Assembly: GCA_015520605.1 (NCBI GenBank) | Contig: WAPT01000027.1 | Span: forward strand, 1 to 10,210 | Direction: 5' to 3' | DNA length: 10,210 nucleotides | DNA from: Nanobdellati archaeon | Lineage (GTDB): Archaea; EX4484-52; WAPT01 | Shown: piece after piece, positions 1-8,555 of the stretch | Position numbering within the stretch: position 1 is the first letter of the stretch | Layout of the letters: every line of letters starts with the position of its first letter | The notes under the pieces: model-generated | Seen by the model: only the letters and a program-made list of their open reading frames with translations | Database searches by the model: none | What the model was told of the DNA's origin: nothing | Position numbers and translations under genes: made by a program

Positions 1-253
1 TAAATGCACAGGACTGATTATAAATCTGGTTAAACCCGACAAAAAACGGAAAAATTTTTGCATCATCACGGGCAGCATTATTATTTTTTCCAATACAGGA
101 AATCAGTAGGCAAGACGATCACCATACACAAAAAATCAAGCAAACGAGGTTTGTTCACGCTTCATCGTGATTGGTTTGCTGATATGTTGGGCTCATAGAG
201 ATTGGATTGATTAGAAAATGAAATTATTAAATCTCTGTAAACTTCCCTCAATG

Positions 254-283
254 AAAAATAAAAAGAGAAAAATAAAAAATAAA
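254..283 (-). terminator. Putative oligo-T terminator of the pilin gene
   Basis: Several A5-A6 runs on + (T-runs on -) begin about 17 nt after the pilin stop codon at 301-303. Archaeal intrinsic terminators are oligo-T tracts. Confidence 0.55.
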
Positions 284-300
284 GATTATTACGGTTACGA

Positions 301-723
301 TCAGTATTCGTAGCTGTCACCAAAACCGCAGTTGGTACTGACCTCTACTTTTCCAATATTGCTAACGGGCGTTGTGCAACCTATGATGTTATACCCGAAG
401 TACTTCTCTTCACCGATCTTTAGCTGACCGTCCGTGGGAGTACCGTAGCACGCCAGAGAACCATTGGCATAATATACTTTTATCATTGTTACATTGACAT
501 CGCTCGCGCCGATATTTGCCACAAATACTCCGCTATCACTCGCGCCCGTTATCTGCACAAGTGCCTTGGCACACTCGACAGCTCTTTCCGTACCTGATCC
601 GGCACGTCGCGTTGTCTGTTTTGCATACTGACTAAGCCAACTGGAGATTATTACACTGACACCTACTGTAAACACCACGAGCAGTACCACAGCTATTAGT
701 GGTGAGATACCCTTTTTCGCCAT
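301..723 (-). CDS. Archaeal type IV pilin (class III signal peptide)
   Basis: N-terminus MAKKG/ISPLIAVVLLVVFTVGVSVII is a short basic leader with a KG cleavage site and a hydrophobic helix, the archaeal pilin N-terminal pattern. The C-domain is beta-rich with 4 Cys and NVT/NGS sequons. RBS GGGGTGA at 731-737 favours ATG at 723 over GTG at 726. Confidence 0.9.
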   Translation of the reverse strand: MAKKGISPLIAVVLLVVFTVGVSVIISSWLSQYAKQTTRRAGSGTERAVECAKALVQITGASDSGVFVANIGASDVNVTMIKVYYANGSLACYGTPTDGQLKIGEEKYFGYNIIGCTTPVSNIGKVEVSTNCGFGDSYEY

Positions 724-780
724 CACCCATTCACCCCTTTGTCGATTTTGTAATCTTCAGTTTTTTTATGGATTAACCAT

Positions 781-788
781 TATATAAA
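781..788 (-). promoter_or_regulatory. TATA box of the pilin gene
   Basis: TTTATATA on the minus strand, about 58 nt upstream of the start codon. Confidence 0.7.
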
Positions 789-806
789 TATTACTGCAGA
801 AATATC

Positions 807-823
807 GAGACCGTCCGGATAAA
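807..823. repeat. 17-bp motif GAGACCGTCCGGATAAA, copy 1 (candidate transcription-factor site)
   Basis: Identical to 10060-10076. Lies 18 nt upstream of the minus-strand TATA box. Confidence 0.8.
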
Positions 824-879
824 CCATTACCTCCTAACAAAATTCCGGTAAAATAAAAAACTACTCACACCACAACTCA

Positions 880-1191
880 AGCAAATACACAGAGCACGCT
901 TATACCGGTGAACCTCTATCCGGCTTCAAAATAACCCTTTCCTTAGAACACACTTACCCAACACAATTCCTTTTCCCAGAAGTCACATGCTTCCACATAA
1001 AAATCCAGAGTTGTCATGTAATTTCTTGATGTGTACCTCAACGCAAACAAAGCTAATCCCGTTTCAACATCCATAGCTGCATACACGGTATTTAGCCCTG
1101 TTTTGTTAACAACTCTGAGATCCCGATTGAGAACTTTCCTCTGAATTTTAGATAGTGTGTTGTTCACGGGAGGCATCACCCTCCAATACAT
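880..1191 (-). pseudogene. Degenerate DDE transposase remnant, probably IS6 family
   Basis: ORF 943..1191 reads RVVNKTG..VYAAMDVETG...TSRNYMTTLDF, resembling from memory the archaeal IS6 pattern xVDET...WAAIDVDT...SRN...AL.F. In shifted frames downstream (920-890) it reads DRGSP then RYKRAL, resembling IS6 DRGPWYxxAL. The first catalytic DE appears as NK, and there are stops and frameshifts. Boundaries are approximate. Confidence 0.55.
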
Positions 1192-1300
1192 TTCATCACA
1201 CAGAGTATCGGAGTGATGACCTGATTAATTTTTTTGGTTTGGGGTGGTTTCCAAAAAATTACGAATATTTTAAATATTTATCAGTAATAAAATATTAATT

Positions 1301-2196
1301 ATGTTAAAGGTATGTGTATTCGAAGAACCAATTAAAATCAAAAATTATGGCGAACCTGTAATAATAAACAATGATGTGAGAAGTAGCTTTTCTCTATAAG
1401 ATAGGAAAAAATTGAGATTTACTGGAAAGAAGTTGTTATACCAAAATATAATCATTTCAGAAGAGATATCCCGATAGCTAATCTAACGGGAATAGTCTAT
1501 GACGAGGATAAGAATCATCTTCAAGAAATATTCAATAGAGGTTATTACGATGAGTTTGTGGCAGCACGTAATTCAGATTTAATACCTCCAAATGCAGGAT
1601 TAAGTGAAGAGGCTTTGAAAAAAATTAACCCTCGTGCATATTCTGTAATAACAGAAACAGAGGATGATAAAATAGTTATGGGTTAAAGAGAAGCAAATGT
1701 TTTGGCCCCAGGCAAGAAGACTCCACTCCCCCAGGGAGTGGTGGTATTGAGAAATCCTAATGCATTCGATGCTGCTCTGAAAGGACTGGAACGGGAATTG
1801 GGAATTAAGCCGGGTTACGTAAAAGATATGGAAATGCTCGCATATGTGGATCACTCTGATTATCCTGACATTTCGACCTCCTTTAAGGTCTCTTTGAATC
1901 TTACATCCAAGGAGATTGAAGAGTTGATAGATACGGAAAGAATTTCAAGGGGATTCAACAGGGGTTTGCATTTCATGAATATAGAAAGAGACAAAATAAT
2001 AAACTTTATAAAGAATTACAGGAACACGACGGGCGATAGCGCAGGAAACATGCTGGCATATTTGAAGCACAGATTCGACGAAAATGTCTTTGATAACGTT
2101 GTGAGAGATCTAAACCAGGAAATGGGCAGGGTGCTGGTTGATCTTAAAGAACTCTGTGAGATGCGAGGGATCAGATACCATAAAGTAAAAAGTTAA
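1301..2196 (+). pseudogene. Nudix-fold hydrolase pseudogene (NUDT22/AtNUDX9-like architecture)
   Basis: ATG at 1301 lies 25 nt after TTTAAATA (1269-1276). Reading: MLKVCVFEEPIKIKNYGEPVIINNDVRSSFSL, TAA 1397-1399, DRKK, frameshift in the A6 run at 1406-1411, IEIYWKEVVIPKY...RGYYDEFVAAR...SVITETEDDKIVMG, TAA 1684-1686, REANVLAPGKKTPLPQG...AFDAALKGLERELGI, in frame with ORF 1702..2196. The last segment is a degenerate Nudix box. Confidence 0.7.
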
Positions 2197-2292
2197 TTTC
2201 ATTTAGCCAGACTTCTCACACTTCTTTGAGAAACAGAGCGATGGCAAGATTTGCTTAATGAAATTTAAAGCTTGAAACCCTTCTTTAACTTC

Positions 2293-3834
2293 ATGAGCCC
2301 TGACGAAATGGTAGGGATAATAGTCTCGGCTGAAAACTCGCCTTCAACGACTCAATTTATGTTCGTGTTAAATGAAGGTTATAAAACACTAAAAAAGGGA
2401 CAATTCGTAGAAGCCATTGCAAAAGATGGCAGGAGGATAGCAGCATCTATTATCGACATTTTTTCCTCCAACCCTTATGCTGAAGATAAGCTTGTGGCAA
2501 GAGAGATATTTGGAAATAACGCTTCCATCCACTTCCCGGTTGAGGAGTGCCAAACGGTTTATGGGATCGCAAGAATAATTGGAGAGATTGATGATGGGGT
2601 GGGTGGCGGAATCAGGATCAGAAAGTGTGCTCTACCTCCATCTCCGGGGGACGCTGTTGTTATCCCTCCAGAGGAGCATGTTCGGGGAATAGTAGGGGTA
2701 GAGAATGACGGACTACTTATGGGTCGTCTGCTTTTTCAGCCTGAAGTGGAGGTGAGACTGGACGTCACTAAACTTCTCAGAAAACATCTTGCAATACTGG
2801 CAATGTCCGGTGCGGGAAAGAGCTACACCGTTGGCATTATCGTGGAGGAACTTCTGAAGAAAGGGGAAAAGGGTCATGCAATGCCTGCTATTCTGATCAT
2901 TGACCCTCATGGAGAATACACGGTTTACGCTGAGGATGAAAGATTCGCAAGGATGACTCGGGTCTTTAGAGGCTCGGAGGTAAGGTTTTCCCTTACGAAT
3001 GTACTGGATTATGATCTTATAAACAGGATAGTGCATATGAGCACGTCATCCGCAAGGAGGAAGGCGGCCAAAACATTTGTTCAGAAAGTGAGAGAATTCT
3101 TCAGAGAGCGCGGTCCCTTCACACCAGAGGACGTCCTTACCTGCATGAACAGTCTTGGTCTAAGCAAGAAGGAGCGGGAAGTGGGAGAGGAGATAGTCGA
3201 GGTGCTCACGTCTTACGGTGTGTTCTCAAACATAAATATACCTAATCTTCTTCAGATGGAACCCTCAAAACTCTACATCCTTGACCTGAGCGATCTGGAC
3301 TCCATGGCGGTCAAGCAGCTCATAGTCAGGCTCATAACCCAGCAGCTTTTCAGACTAAGAATCAAGGGAGCTATACCACCATTCCTTCTGGTTGTGGAGG
3401 AAGCGCATAACTTCGCACCATCTCAGACTAGCAAGTACGAAGCCCTTGCCAAGGAATCAATAGAAACGCTCGCACGTGAGGGAAGAAAATTCTACGCATG
3501 TCTCTGTCTTGTTTCACAAAGACCGTATTACCTTTCTCCCACAGCCCTAGCGCAATGTAACACTCACATAATAATGAGGGTTACGAACCCCAATGACCTA
3601 AATCATATACGGGAGAGCTGCGAATCTCTAACCAGAGAGGCTCTTGACATGATAACTACCTTCCAGCCGGGAGAGTGCGTGATAATGGGTGATGCTGTAC
3701 ACACACCAATATTCGTTAAAATAAGAGAGAGGGAATGTAAAGCAGAGAAATTTGAGAAATCGCTGGAGGATGCAGTGCGCGAATGGGTAGAAGAGAGAAA
3801 GCGTATAACGGGGGATCTGGAGGCATTTCTCTGA
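2293..3834 (+). CDS. herA: HerA/DUF87 family ATPase (FtsK-HerA superfamily)
   Basis: Walker A in KHLAILAMSGAGKS, IIDPHGEY, Walker B VVEEAHNFAP, REGRKF, SQRP and QCNT motifs, plus an N-terminal HAS-barrel-like region. ATG at 2293 is about 24 nt after a TTTAAA box and is preferred over TTG at 2272. Confidence 0.88.
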   Translation: MSPDEMVGIIVSAENSPSTTQFMFVLNEGYKTLKKGQFVEAIAKDGRRIAASIIDIFSSNPYAEDKLVAREIFGNNASIHFPVEECQTVYGIARIIGEIDDGVGGGIRIRKCALPPSPGDAVVIPPEEHVRGIVGVENDGLLMGRLLFQPEVEVRLDVTKLLRKHLAILAMSGAGKSYTVGIIVEELLKKGEKGHAMPAILIIDPHGEYTVYAEDERFARMTRVFRGSEVRFSLTNVLDYDLINRIVHMSTSSARRKAAKTFVQKVREFFRERGPFTPEDVLTCMNSLGLSKKEREVGEEIVEVLTSYGVFSNINIPNLLQMEPSKLYILDLSDLDSMAVKQLIVRLITQQLFRLRIKGAIPPFLLVVEEAHNFAPSQTSKYEALAKESIETLAREGRKFYACLCLVSQRPYYLSPTALAQCNTHIIMRVTNPNDLNHIRESCESLTREALDMITTFQPGECVIMGDAVHTPIFVKIRERECKAEKFEKSLEDAVREWVEERKRITGDLEAFL

Positions 3835-3838
3835 AATA

Positions 3839-3876
3839 TTTATAAAGATCCCCTCTAACTATATAACACTGTTATA
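3839..3876 (+). promoter_or_regulatory. iscSU promoter: TATA box plus palindromic operator candidate
   Basis: TTTATAAA at 3839-3846 and a perfect palindrome TATAACA-C-TGTTATA at 3862-3876. Confidence 0.55.
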
Positions 3877-3892
3877 AAATGGGTGTATTTGT

Positions 3893-5068
3893 ATGGATAA
3901 AAGAAAAGTCTACCTCGATAACAACTCTACAACACCCCTTGATCCGAGAGTACTGGATGTCATGTTTCCCTTTTTAAAAGAGAAATGGGGAAATCCAAAT
4001 AATATCCATGTATGGGGTAGGGAGGCGAGAGAGGCTGTTGAAACTGCCAGAGAAAACATAAAAAGGATGATAAACTGCAGGGACGGTAATGTTTACTTCA
4101 CCAGCGGGGGAACAGAAAGCAACAACTGGGCGCTCAAGGGCATTGCGTTTGCGAACATAGATAAGGGAAAGCACATAATAACCACTAAGATAGAACATAA
4201 GTGTGTCCTCAACACCTGTAAATGGCTTGAGAAGCAAGGGTTTGAAGTTACATACCTTAACGTTGACAGGGAGGGATTCATAGATTTCGACGAACTTGAG
4301 GATGCTCTTAGGAAAGACACGATACTGGTAAGCATAATGCTCGCGAACAACGAGATAGGAACTCTTGAGCCCGTGAGGGAAGCATGCGAGCTTGTGAAGG
4401 ATAAGAGTAACGCATATTTCCACACTGACGCCTGTCAGGCGATAGGAAAGATGGAGGTGGATGTGGAAAGTCTGGGAGTCGATCTGATGACAATCAGTGC
4501 ACATAAATTTTATGGGCCTAAAGGAATCGGCGCTCTTTTTATAAGGAATGGTGTGAAAATAGACCCTCTTCTCCACGGTGGAGGGCAGGAAAAAAACATG
4601 CGCTCTGGAACCGAGAACGTTGCTGGGATTGTTGGTATGGGAAAAGCTGCAGAACTCGTGATGAAAGAGCTTGATGCAGATAAAGAAAAGTTGAGGAGGT
4701 TCCAGAAGATGATAATAGAAGAGATCCTGGAGAAAGTGAAGAGGACACATCTCAATGGGCCTTCGGACCTTGAAAAGAGGCTGCCAGGAAACGTGAACTT
4801 TTCTGTTGAGGGTGTGGAAGGAGAGAGCATAGTTATGATGCTTGATGATTATGGCATAGCGGTCTCCACGGGTTCGGCGTGCTCCTCAAAGCAGCTCATC
4901 CCGTCTCACGTGCTGATGGCTATCGGGTTGAAACCAGAAGTAGCGCACGGTTCTGTAAGAATCTCAGCAGGCAGGTTCAATACCGACGAGGATATAGCGT
5001 ATTTCCTTGAGGTATTTCCGGGTGTGATCTCGAAGCTGAGATCAATATCCCCCCTGTGGCAGGGCTGA
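3893..5068 (+). CDS. iscS: Cysteine desulfurase, group I (IscS/NifS)
   Basis: YLDNNSTTP, FTSGGTESNN, HTDACQA, PLP-lysine motif SAHKFYGPKG, RSGTEN, and catalytic loop STGSACSS. Confidence 0.97.
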   Translation: MDKRKVYLDNNSTTPLDPRVLDVMFPFLKEKWGNPNNIHVWGREAREAVETARENIKRMINCRDGNVYFTSGGTESNNWALKGIAFANIDKGKHIITTKIEHKCVLNTCKWLEKQGFEVTYLNVDREGFIDFDELEDALRKDTILVSIMLANNEIGTLEPVREACELVKDKSNAYFHTDACQAIGKMEVDVESLGVDLMTISAHKFYGPKGIGALFIRNGVKIDPLLHGGGQEKNMRSGTENVAGIVGMGKAAELVMKELDADKEKLRRFQKMIIEEILEKVKRTHLNGPSDLEKRLPGNVNFSVEGVEGESIVMMLDDYGIAVSTGSACSSKQLIPSHVLMAIGLKPEVAHGSVRISAGRFNTDEDIAYFLEVFPGVISKLRSISPLWQG

Positions 5069-5093
5069 TTCAAACTTTGAGAGGTGTAACGTA

Positions 5094-5495
5094 ATGAGCG
5101 AACTTTACTCCGAAAAGCTGATAGAACACTTCCGAAACCCGAAGAATGCAGGGGAGATTAAGGATGCTGACGTGAGGGTTACCGTTGGCAATCCCGTGTG
5201 TGGTGATGTCATGACTTTTACCATGAAAGTCAGAAGGGAAAAGGATAAAGAGATAATAGAAGATATAAAATTCAAGACCTTCGGATGTGCGGCCGCGATA
5301 GCGAGCAGCGATATACTCGCTGAGCTTGCGAAAGGAAAAACAATCGAAGAGGCAAAAACGCTATCTTACAAGGATATTGTACGCGAATTGGGCGGCCTCC
5401 CTCCGGTTAAGGTGCACTGCACTCAAATGGCGGTTGATGGACTTAAAAAACTTATAGAGGAGTACGAAAGAAAAAAGAAACGAAATCATTGTTAA
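5094..5495 (+). CDS. iscU: Fe-S cluster scaffold protein IscU/NifU-N
   Basis: YSEKLIEHFRNPKN, GNPVCGD, FKTFGC and LPPVKVHC supply the three Cys, the Asp and the His. RBS GAGGTG at 5081-5086. Lies 25 nt downstream of iscS. Confidence 0.97.
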   Translation: MSELYSEKLIEHFRNPKNAGEIKDADVRVTVGNPVCGDVMTFTMKVRREKDKEIIEDIKFKTFGCAAAIASSDILAELAKGKTIEEAKTLSYKDIVRELGGLPPVKVHCTQMAVDGLKKLIEEYERKKKRNHC

Positions 5496-5532
5496 AATAA
5501 TGTGCAGTAGTACGTAAAGAGAAGAAAAATTC

Positions 5533-6087
5533 TCACAGATTTCGTGAGATCCTTCCATTCTCCATTTTTATGAGACCTTTTTTTGATAGCTGGAATATTT
5601 TTAAAAAGGGATTCGTTATGCCAATTTCCTTTGCGGTATTAACAACATCTTTTAGGAGTGGTGGTTTAAGCAATACCATTTCAAGTTCATCCACAATATT
5701 CAAAATCATAAAAGATTCCATAAGATCTGTATCCTGAGATGTATATGGTTCTTTACTATGCGTTTCCGCATCGTCACTAAAAGTTCTTTCATATTCCTCA
5801 TAATTTTCATCACCATTCAAATCTTCAGGAATATAATCAACACGGATAACTGCATGCCATTCGTCCATTTCCCGAAATTGAGTCAGCACATCGAACCCGT
5901 AATAAATAAGTCCGTACGTATCCTTTATGAGCTTTTCTATGTGTTTTGCTTTTCCCATACATTTTGTTATGGCCGTAGAGAGACTCTTGGCCTTCGCTTC
6001 AAGAACAACCGAATAAATAGGCTCATCATAACTATCATTCCTAACCAGCCTGTAACCCTTTACCTTGATTATGGCGGGCAGACCCAC
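5533..6087 (-). CDS. Hypothetical protein with an acidic linker and possible C-terminal winged-helix domain
   Basis: 184-aa ORF fills the gap between iscU and the HAD gene. GTG start preceded by GGAAGGTGA. C-terminal ILNIVDELE...KDVVNTAKEIGI...QLSKKGLIKMENGRI has a wHTH-like pattern. Confidence 0.7.
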   Translation of the reverse strand: MGLPAIIKVKGYRLVRNDSYDEPIYSVVLEAKAKSLSTAITKCMGKAKHIEKLIKDTYGLIYYGFDVLTQFREMDEWHAVIRVDYIPEDLNGDENYEEYERTFSDDAETHSKEPYTSQDTDLMESFMILNIVDELEMVLLKPPLLKDVVNTAKEIGITNPFLKIFQLSKKGLIKMENGRISRNL

Positions 6088-6151
6088 GAATTTTCACCTT
6101 CCTTCATACTCTCGCTTAATTTTAAGAATATTGACTCATCCTTAAAAAATT

Positions 6152-6829
6152 ATGCCAAGAAAGATAAGGGCAGTTTTCTTTGACCTTGACAATACGTTGG
6201 TGGACTTTTTGAGATTCAAGAGAATGTGTCTGGAAGGAAGTGTTGAGGCGATGATAGATGCCGGATTGAAAATTGAGAAAGATGAAGCCTTGAGAAAGCT
6301 TTATGAGCTTTACGAAAAATACGGAATGGAATATAAACACATTTTCGATGATTTCTTGAGGGAAACTATGGGAGAGCCTGACCCAAAAATACTTGCTGCC
6401 GCGATCGTGGCCTACAGACAAAGAAGAATAAGCTTTCTCGAACCGTACCCCCACGTTATTCCGACACTTCTCGAGCTTATGAGGAAGGGCATAAAGCTTG
6501 GAATTATAACGGATGCCCCTAAGCTCAAAGCGTGGCTCAGGTTGTGTACCCTAAAACTGCACCACTTTTTCAAGATAGTAGTGACTTTGGATGATACGGG
6601 AAAAAGAAAGCCAAGCCCTGAACCGTTTTTACTCGGGATTGAGCTTGCGGGCGTTAAACCTCGTGAATGCCTGTACGTAGGGGATAGGGAAGAGATCGAC
6701 ATCTTTGGAGCGAAAAAAGTTGGCATGCTAACATGTTTTGCGAAATATGGTGGTGCGGAGTACAAAGAAACAGTGGTGTCGGACTATGTCATTGAAGACT
6801 TCGAAGAACTTTTGGAAATCATTAAATAA
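6152..6829 (+). CDS. HAD-superfamily hydrolase (archaeal TIGR02253-like)
   Basis: Motif I FFDLDNTL, motif II IITD, motif III KP, motif IV YVGDREEIDIFGAKKVGM. Confidence 0.93.
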   Translation: MPRKIRAVFFDLDNTLVDFLRFKRMCLEGSVEAMIDAGLKIEKDEALRKLYELYEKYGMEYKHIFDDFLRETMGEPDPKILAAAIVAYRQRRISFLEPYPHVIPTLLELMRKGIKLGIITDAPKLKAWLRLCTLKLHHFFKIVVTLDDTGKRKPSPEPFLLGIELAGVKPRECLYVGDREEIDIFGAKKVGMLTCFAKYGGAEYKETVVSDYVIEDFEELLEIIK

Positions 6830-6841
6830 AGTGTTGTTACA

Positions 6842-7285
6842 TTATGGCGGCGAAATCCTAATATAATTCGGAGTTGATACTATTTCAGTTCCGGTGGCAA
6901 CTATTGCATATTCATCATCACTTTCAACACTGCCAAATACGCCTTTAAAACCATGAGGTAGTGATAAACTAAGTAAAATTGTTGAATGCGGCAACTCTAT
7001 TGCAATACCGTATGGACCCATGCCATAAATTCTGTAATTTCTGAAAGATGAGGTCTGCGGAAGTTTAATTTTTATATAGTTCTGGATTGATTCATTGTCT
7101 AAATAAGCAGATGTAGTATATACGGATGTGAGCACAGCCTCACCCAAAATCCTATCGGCATTTCTAGCCATATCGTTGTAAAGCCTATTGACAAAAAGCA
7201 ACAATGTCATGACCATAACGAGCCCTATACTGAACGTCATCACTTGTTCAAGGGTTATGACCTGAGCTTTCCTCCATGTGAACAC
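6842..7285 (-). CDS. Minor pilin-like protein (class III signal peptide)
   Basis: RKA/QVITLEQVMTFSIGLVMVMTLLLFV: basic leader, Gln at +1, hydrophobic helix. Last gene of the minus-strand cluster. The GTG start is uncertain. Confidence 0.7.
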   Translation of the reverse strand: MFTWRKAQVITLEQVMTFSIGLVMVMTLLLFVNRLYNDMARNADRILGEAVLTSVYTTSAYLDNESIQNYIKIKLPQTSSFRNYRIYGMGPYGIAIELPHSTILLSLSLPHGFKGVFGSVESDDEYAIVATGTEIVSTPNYIRISPP

Positions 7286-7320
7286 AGGGATAACCTTTTT
7301 CCTCCTTTTCTTTCTTTTAT

Positions 7321-7974
7321 TTATTCTGCACTTCCTATCGAAGCATAAACCGGTATGTTTATAACCTCTCCCCCAAGAACGCTCGGTTTCCCAGTTCTCG
7401 TAGCGCTTCCAGCAGATAAAGTCAGTATAACATTTCCTGGCATTGCCATTGTATTGCCACCCGCGGTGAGATTATAATAATAAGCATCTCCAGTATCGAG
7501 ATCATAGAGCTTCCTGAGAGCTACTCTGTAAATAATTATATATTCTCCCTGAGCAGGCTCGACTTTCACCATCACTACGGCGGGTTGGTCATGTCCTAAA
7601 AAGGCTGTAGAGTTTTCCCATGGAGTACCCTTGACACCGTGAGGAACCTCACTTCCTAGAGGTATCCAAATATTCGTTGCATAGGGACTTTTTTTTGATC
7701 TTATGATGTAATCTATGGCATTTTCGTCGGGTTTTATTATTATCATTCCATAACTAGTAATTGTTATTGATTTTTGTCCACCAGTTTTTATTACCTCATT
7801 AAGTGTTTTTTGAATCTCCATAGCCGAAGCCTTTGCCGATTCGAGCTTCGATGTTGCCTCCCCTTTCTGAAGAAGAGGCAACCCCCAAAAGTAAGTAGCT
7901 GACACGGTAGCCAGTATAACTCCAAGTACCAACACATAAGATACGGCCTGAATTTGAGCTTTGTGTGCCTTCAT
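7321..7974 (-). CDS. Minor pilin-like protein (class III signal peptide)
   Basis: MKAHKA/QIQAVSYVLVLGVILATVSATYFWGLP. RBS GGAGGT just upstream supports ATG at 7974 rather than 8007, which would overlap the upstream gene. Confidence 0.78.
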   Translation of the reverse strand: MKAHKAQIQAVSYVLVLGVILATVSATYFWGLPLLQKGEATSKLESAKASAMEIQKTLNEVIKTGGQKSITITSYGMIIIKPDENAIDYIIRSKKSPYATNIWIPLGSEVPHGVKGTPWENSTAFLGHDQPAVVMVKVEPAQGEYIIIYRVALRKLYDLDTGDAYYYNLTAGGNTMAMPGNVILTLSAGSATRTGKPSVLGGEVINIPVYASIGSAE

Positions 7975-7991
7975 TTTTATCTTACCTCCAA

Positions 7992-8498
7992 TTAAGGTGG
8001 TATGCATTGGCAGTTCTCATCGTTGGTTCCCGAACATGACATTTTACAGGTTTTACTGTCCATGTTTCCTGGAGCGTTTACGATAACGGTTATCACCTCG
8101 CCATTGTAATCCGCCATTTTAACGTTCAAGACAAGGGTACATACCTGGTTGGGGTTAACACTATCGCATGTGGATGATTTAATACCCGCGGGGACTCCGT
8201 TAATGGTTATGGCATTGGACAAGTACTGGGTCATATTCCAAGCTGCACTTCCGATATTCCTTAAGGCTATCGCAAAATCTTCAGTATTTGCCGATCTATC
8301 GTTATCATAGATACTTACTATATCAACTCTCATCGCTGCCTTTTCAGCCTCCGTGAGCATTTGCTTTTGAACAGATTCCTGCATGCTCTGTTGCATTTTG
8401 ATGGCAAAGGCGAACAACATGCCACCGGCTGCAATCGCTAGCATCAGCAATAGCACCATCGCTATGATTGGAGTCAAACCCTTCCTTCTAACCATCAT
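7992..8498 (-). CDS. Archaeal type IV pilin, paralog B
   Basis: RRKG/LTPIIAMVLLLMLAIAAGGMLFAF, with 6 Cys in the C-domain and a GGTGG RBS. Confidence 0.9.
   Translation of the reverse strand: MMVRRKGLTPIIAMVLLLMLAIAAGGMLFAFAIKMQQSMQESVQKQMLTEAEKAAMRVDIVSIYDNDRSANTEDFAIALRNIGSAAWNMTQYLSNAITINGVPAGIKSSTCDSVNPNQVCTLVLNVKMADYNGEVITVIVNAPGNMDSKTCKMSCSGTNDENCQCIPP
8406..8483. repeat. 78-bp near-identical block, copy 1
   Basis: 76/78 identical to 8961-9038 by manual alignment. Confidence 0.9.
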
Positions 8499-8555
8499 AA
8501 TTTAACCACCAAGTTTTGCCGTTTCTCGCTAATACCTACCCATTATATTCCCATT

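Noticed and set aside
426-434. Partial copy GACCGTCCG of the 17-bp motif inside the pilin gene; also CCGG-containing words at 843-925
   Set aside because: These are short partial matches with no consistent promoter spacing and are compatible with chance.
1193-1258. Short inverted repeats TCATCAC/GTGATGA and TTTTTTGG/CCAAAAAA as IS ends
   Set aside because: They are only 7-8 bp, partly low complexity, and have no matching partner at the other end of the remnant.
1397-1686. TAA reassignment or programmed readthrough in the Nudix-like gene
   Set aside because: TAA terminates intact genes here (iscU, HAD, pilins), and a frameshift is also needed, so decay is the simpler explanation.
3974-4830. 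Several minus-strand ORFs (258, 110, 61, 106 and 69 aa)
   Set aside because: They are antisense shadows of the well-conserved iscS gene, with no recognisable motifs.
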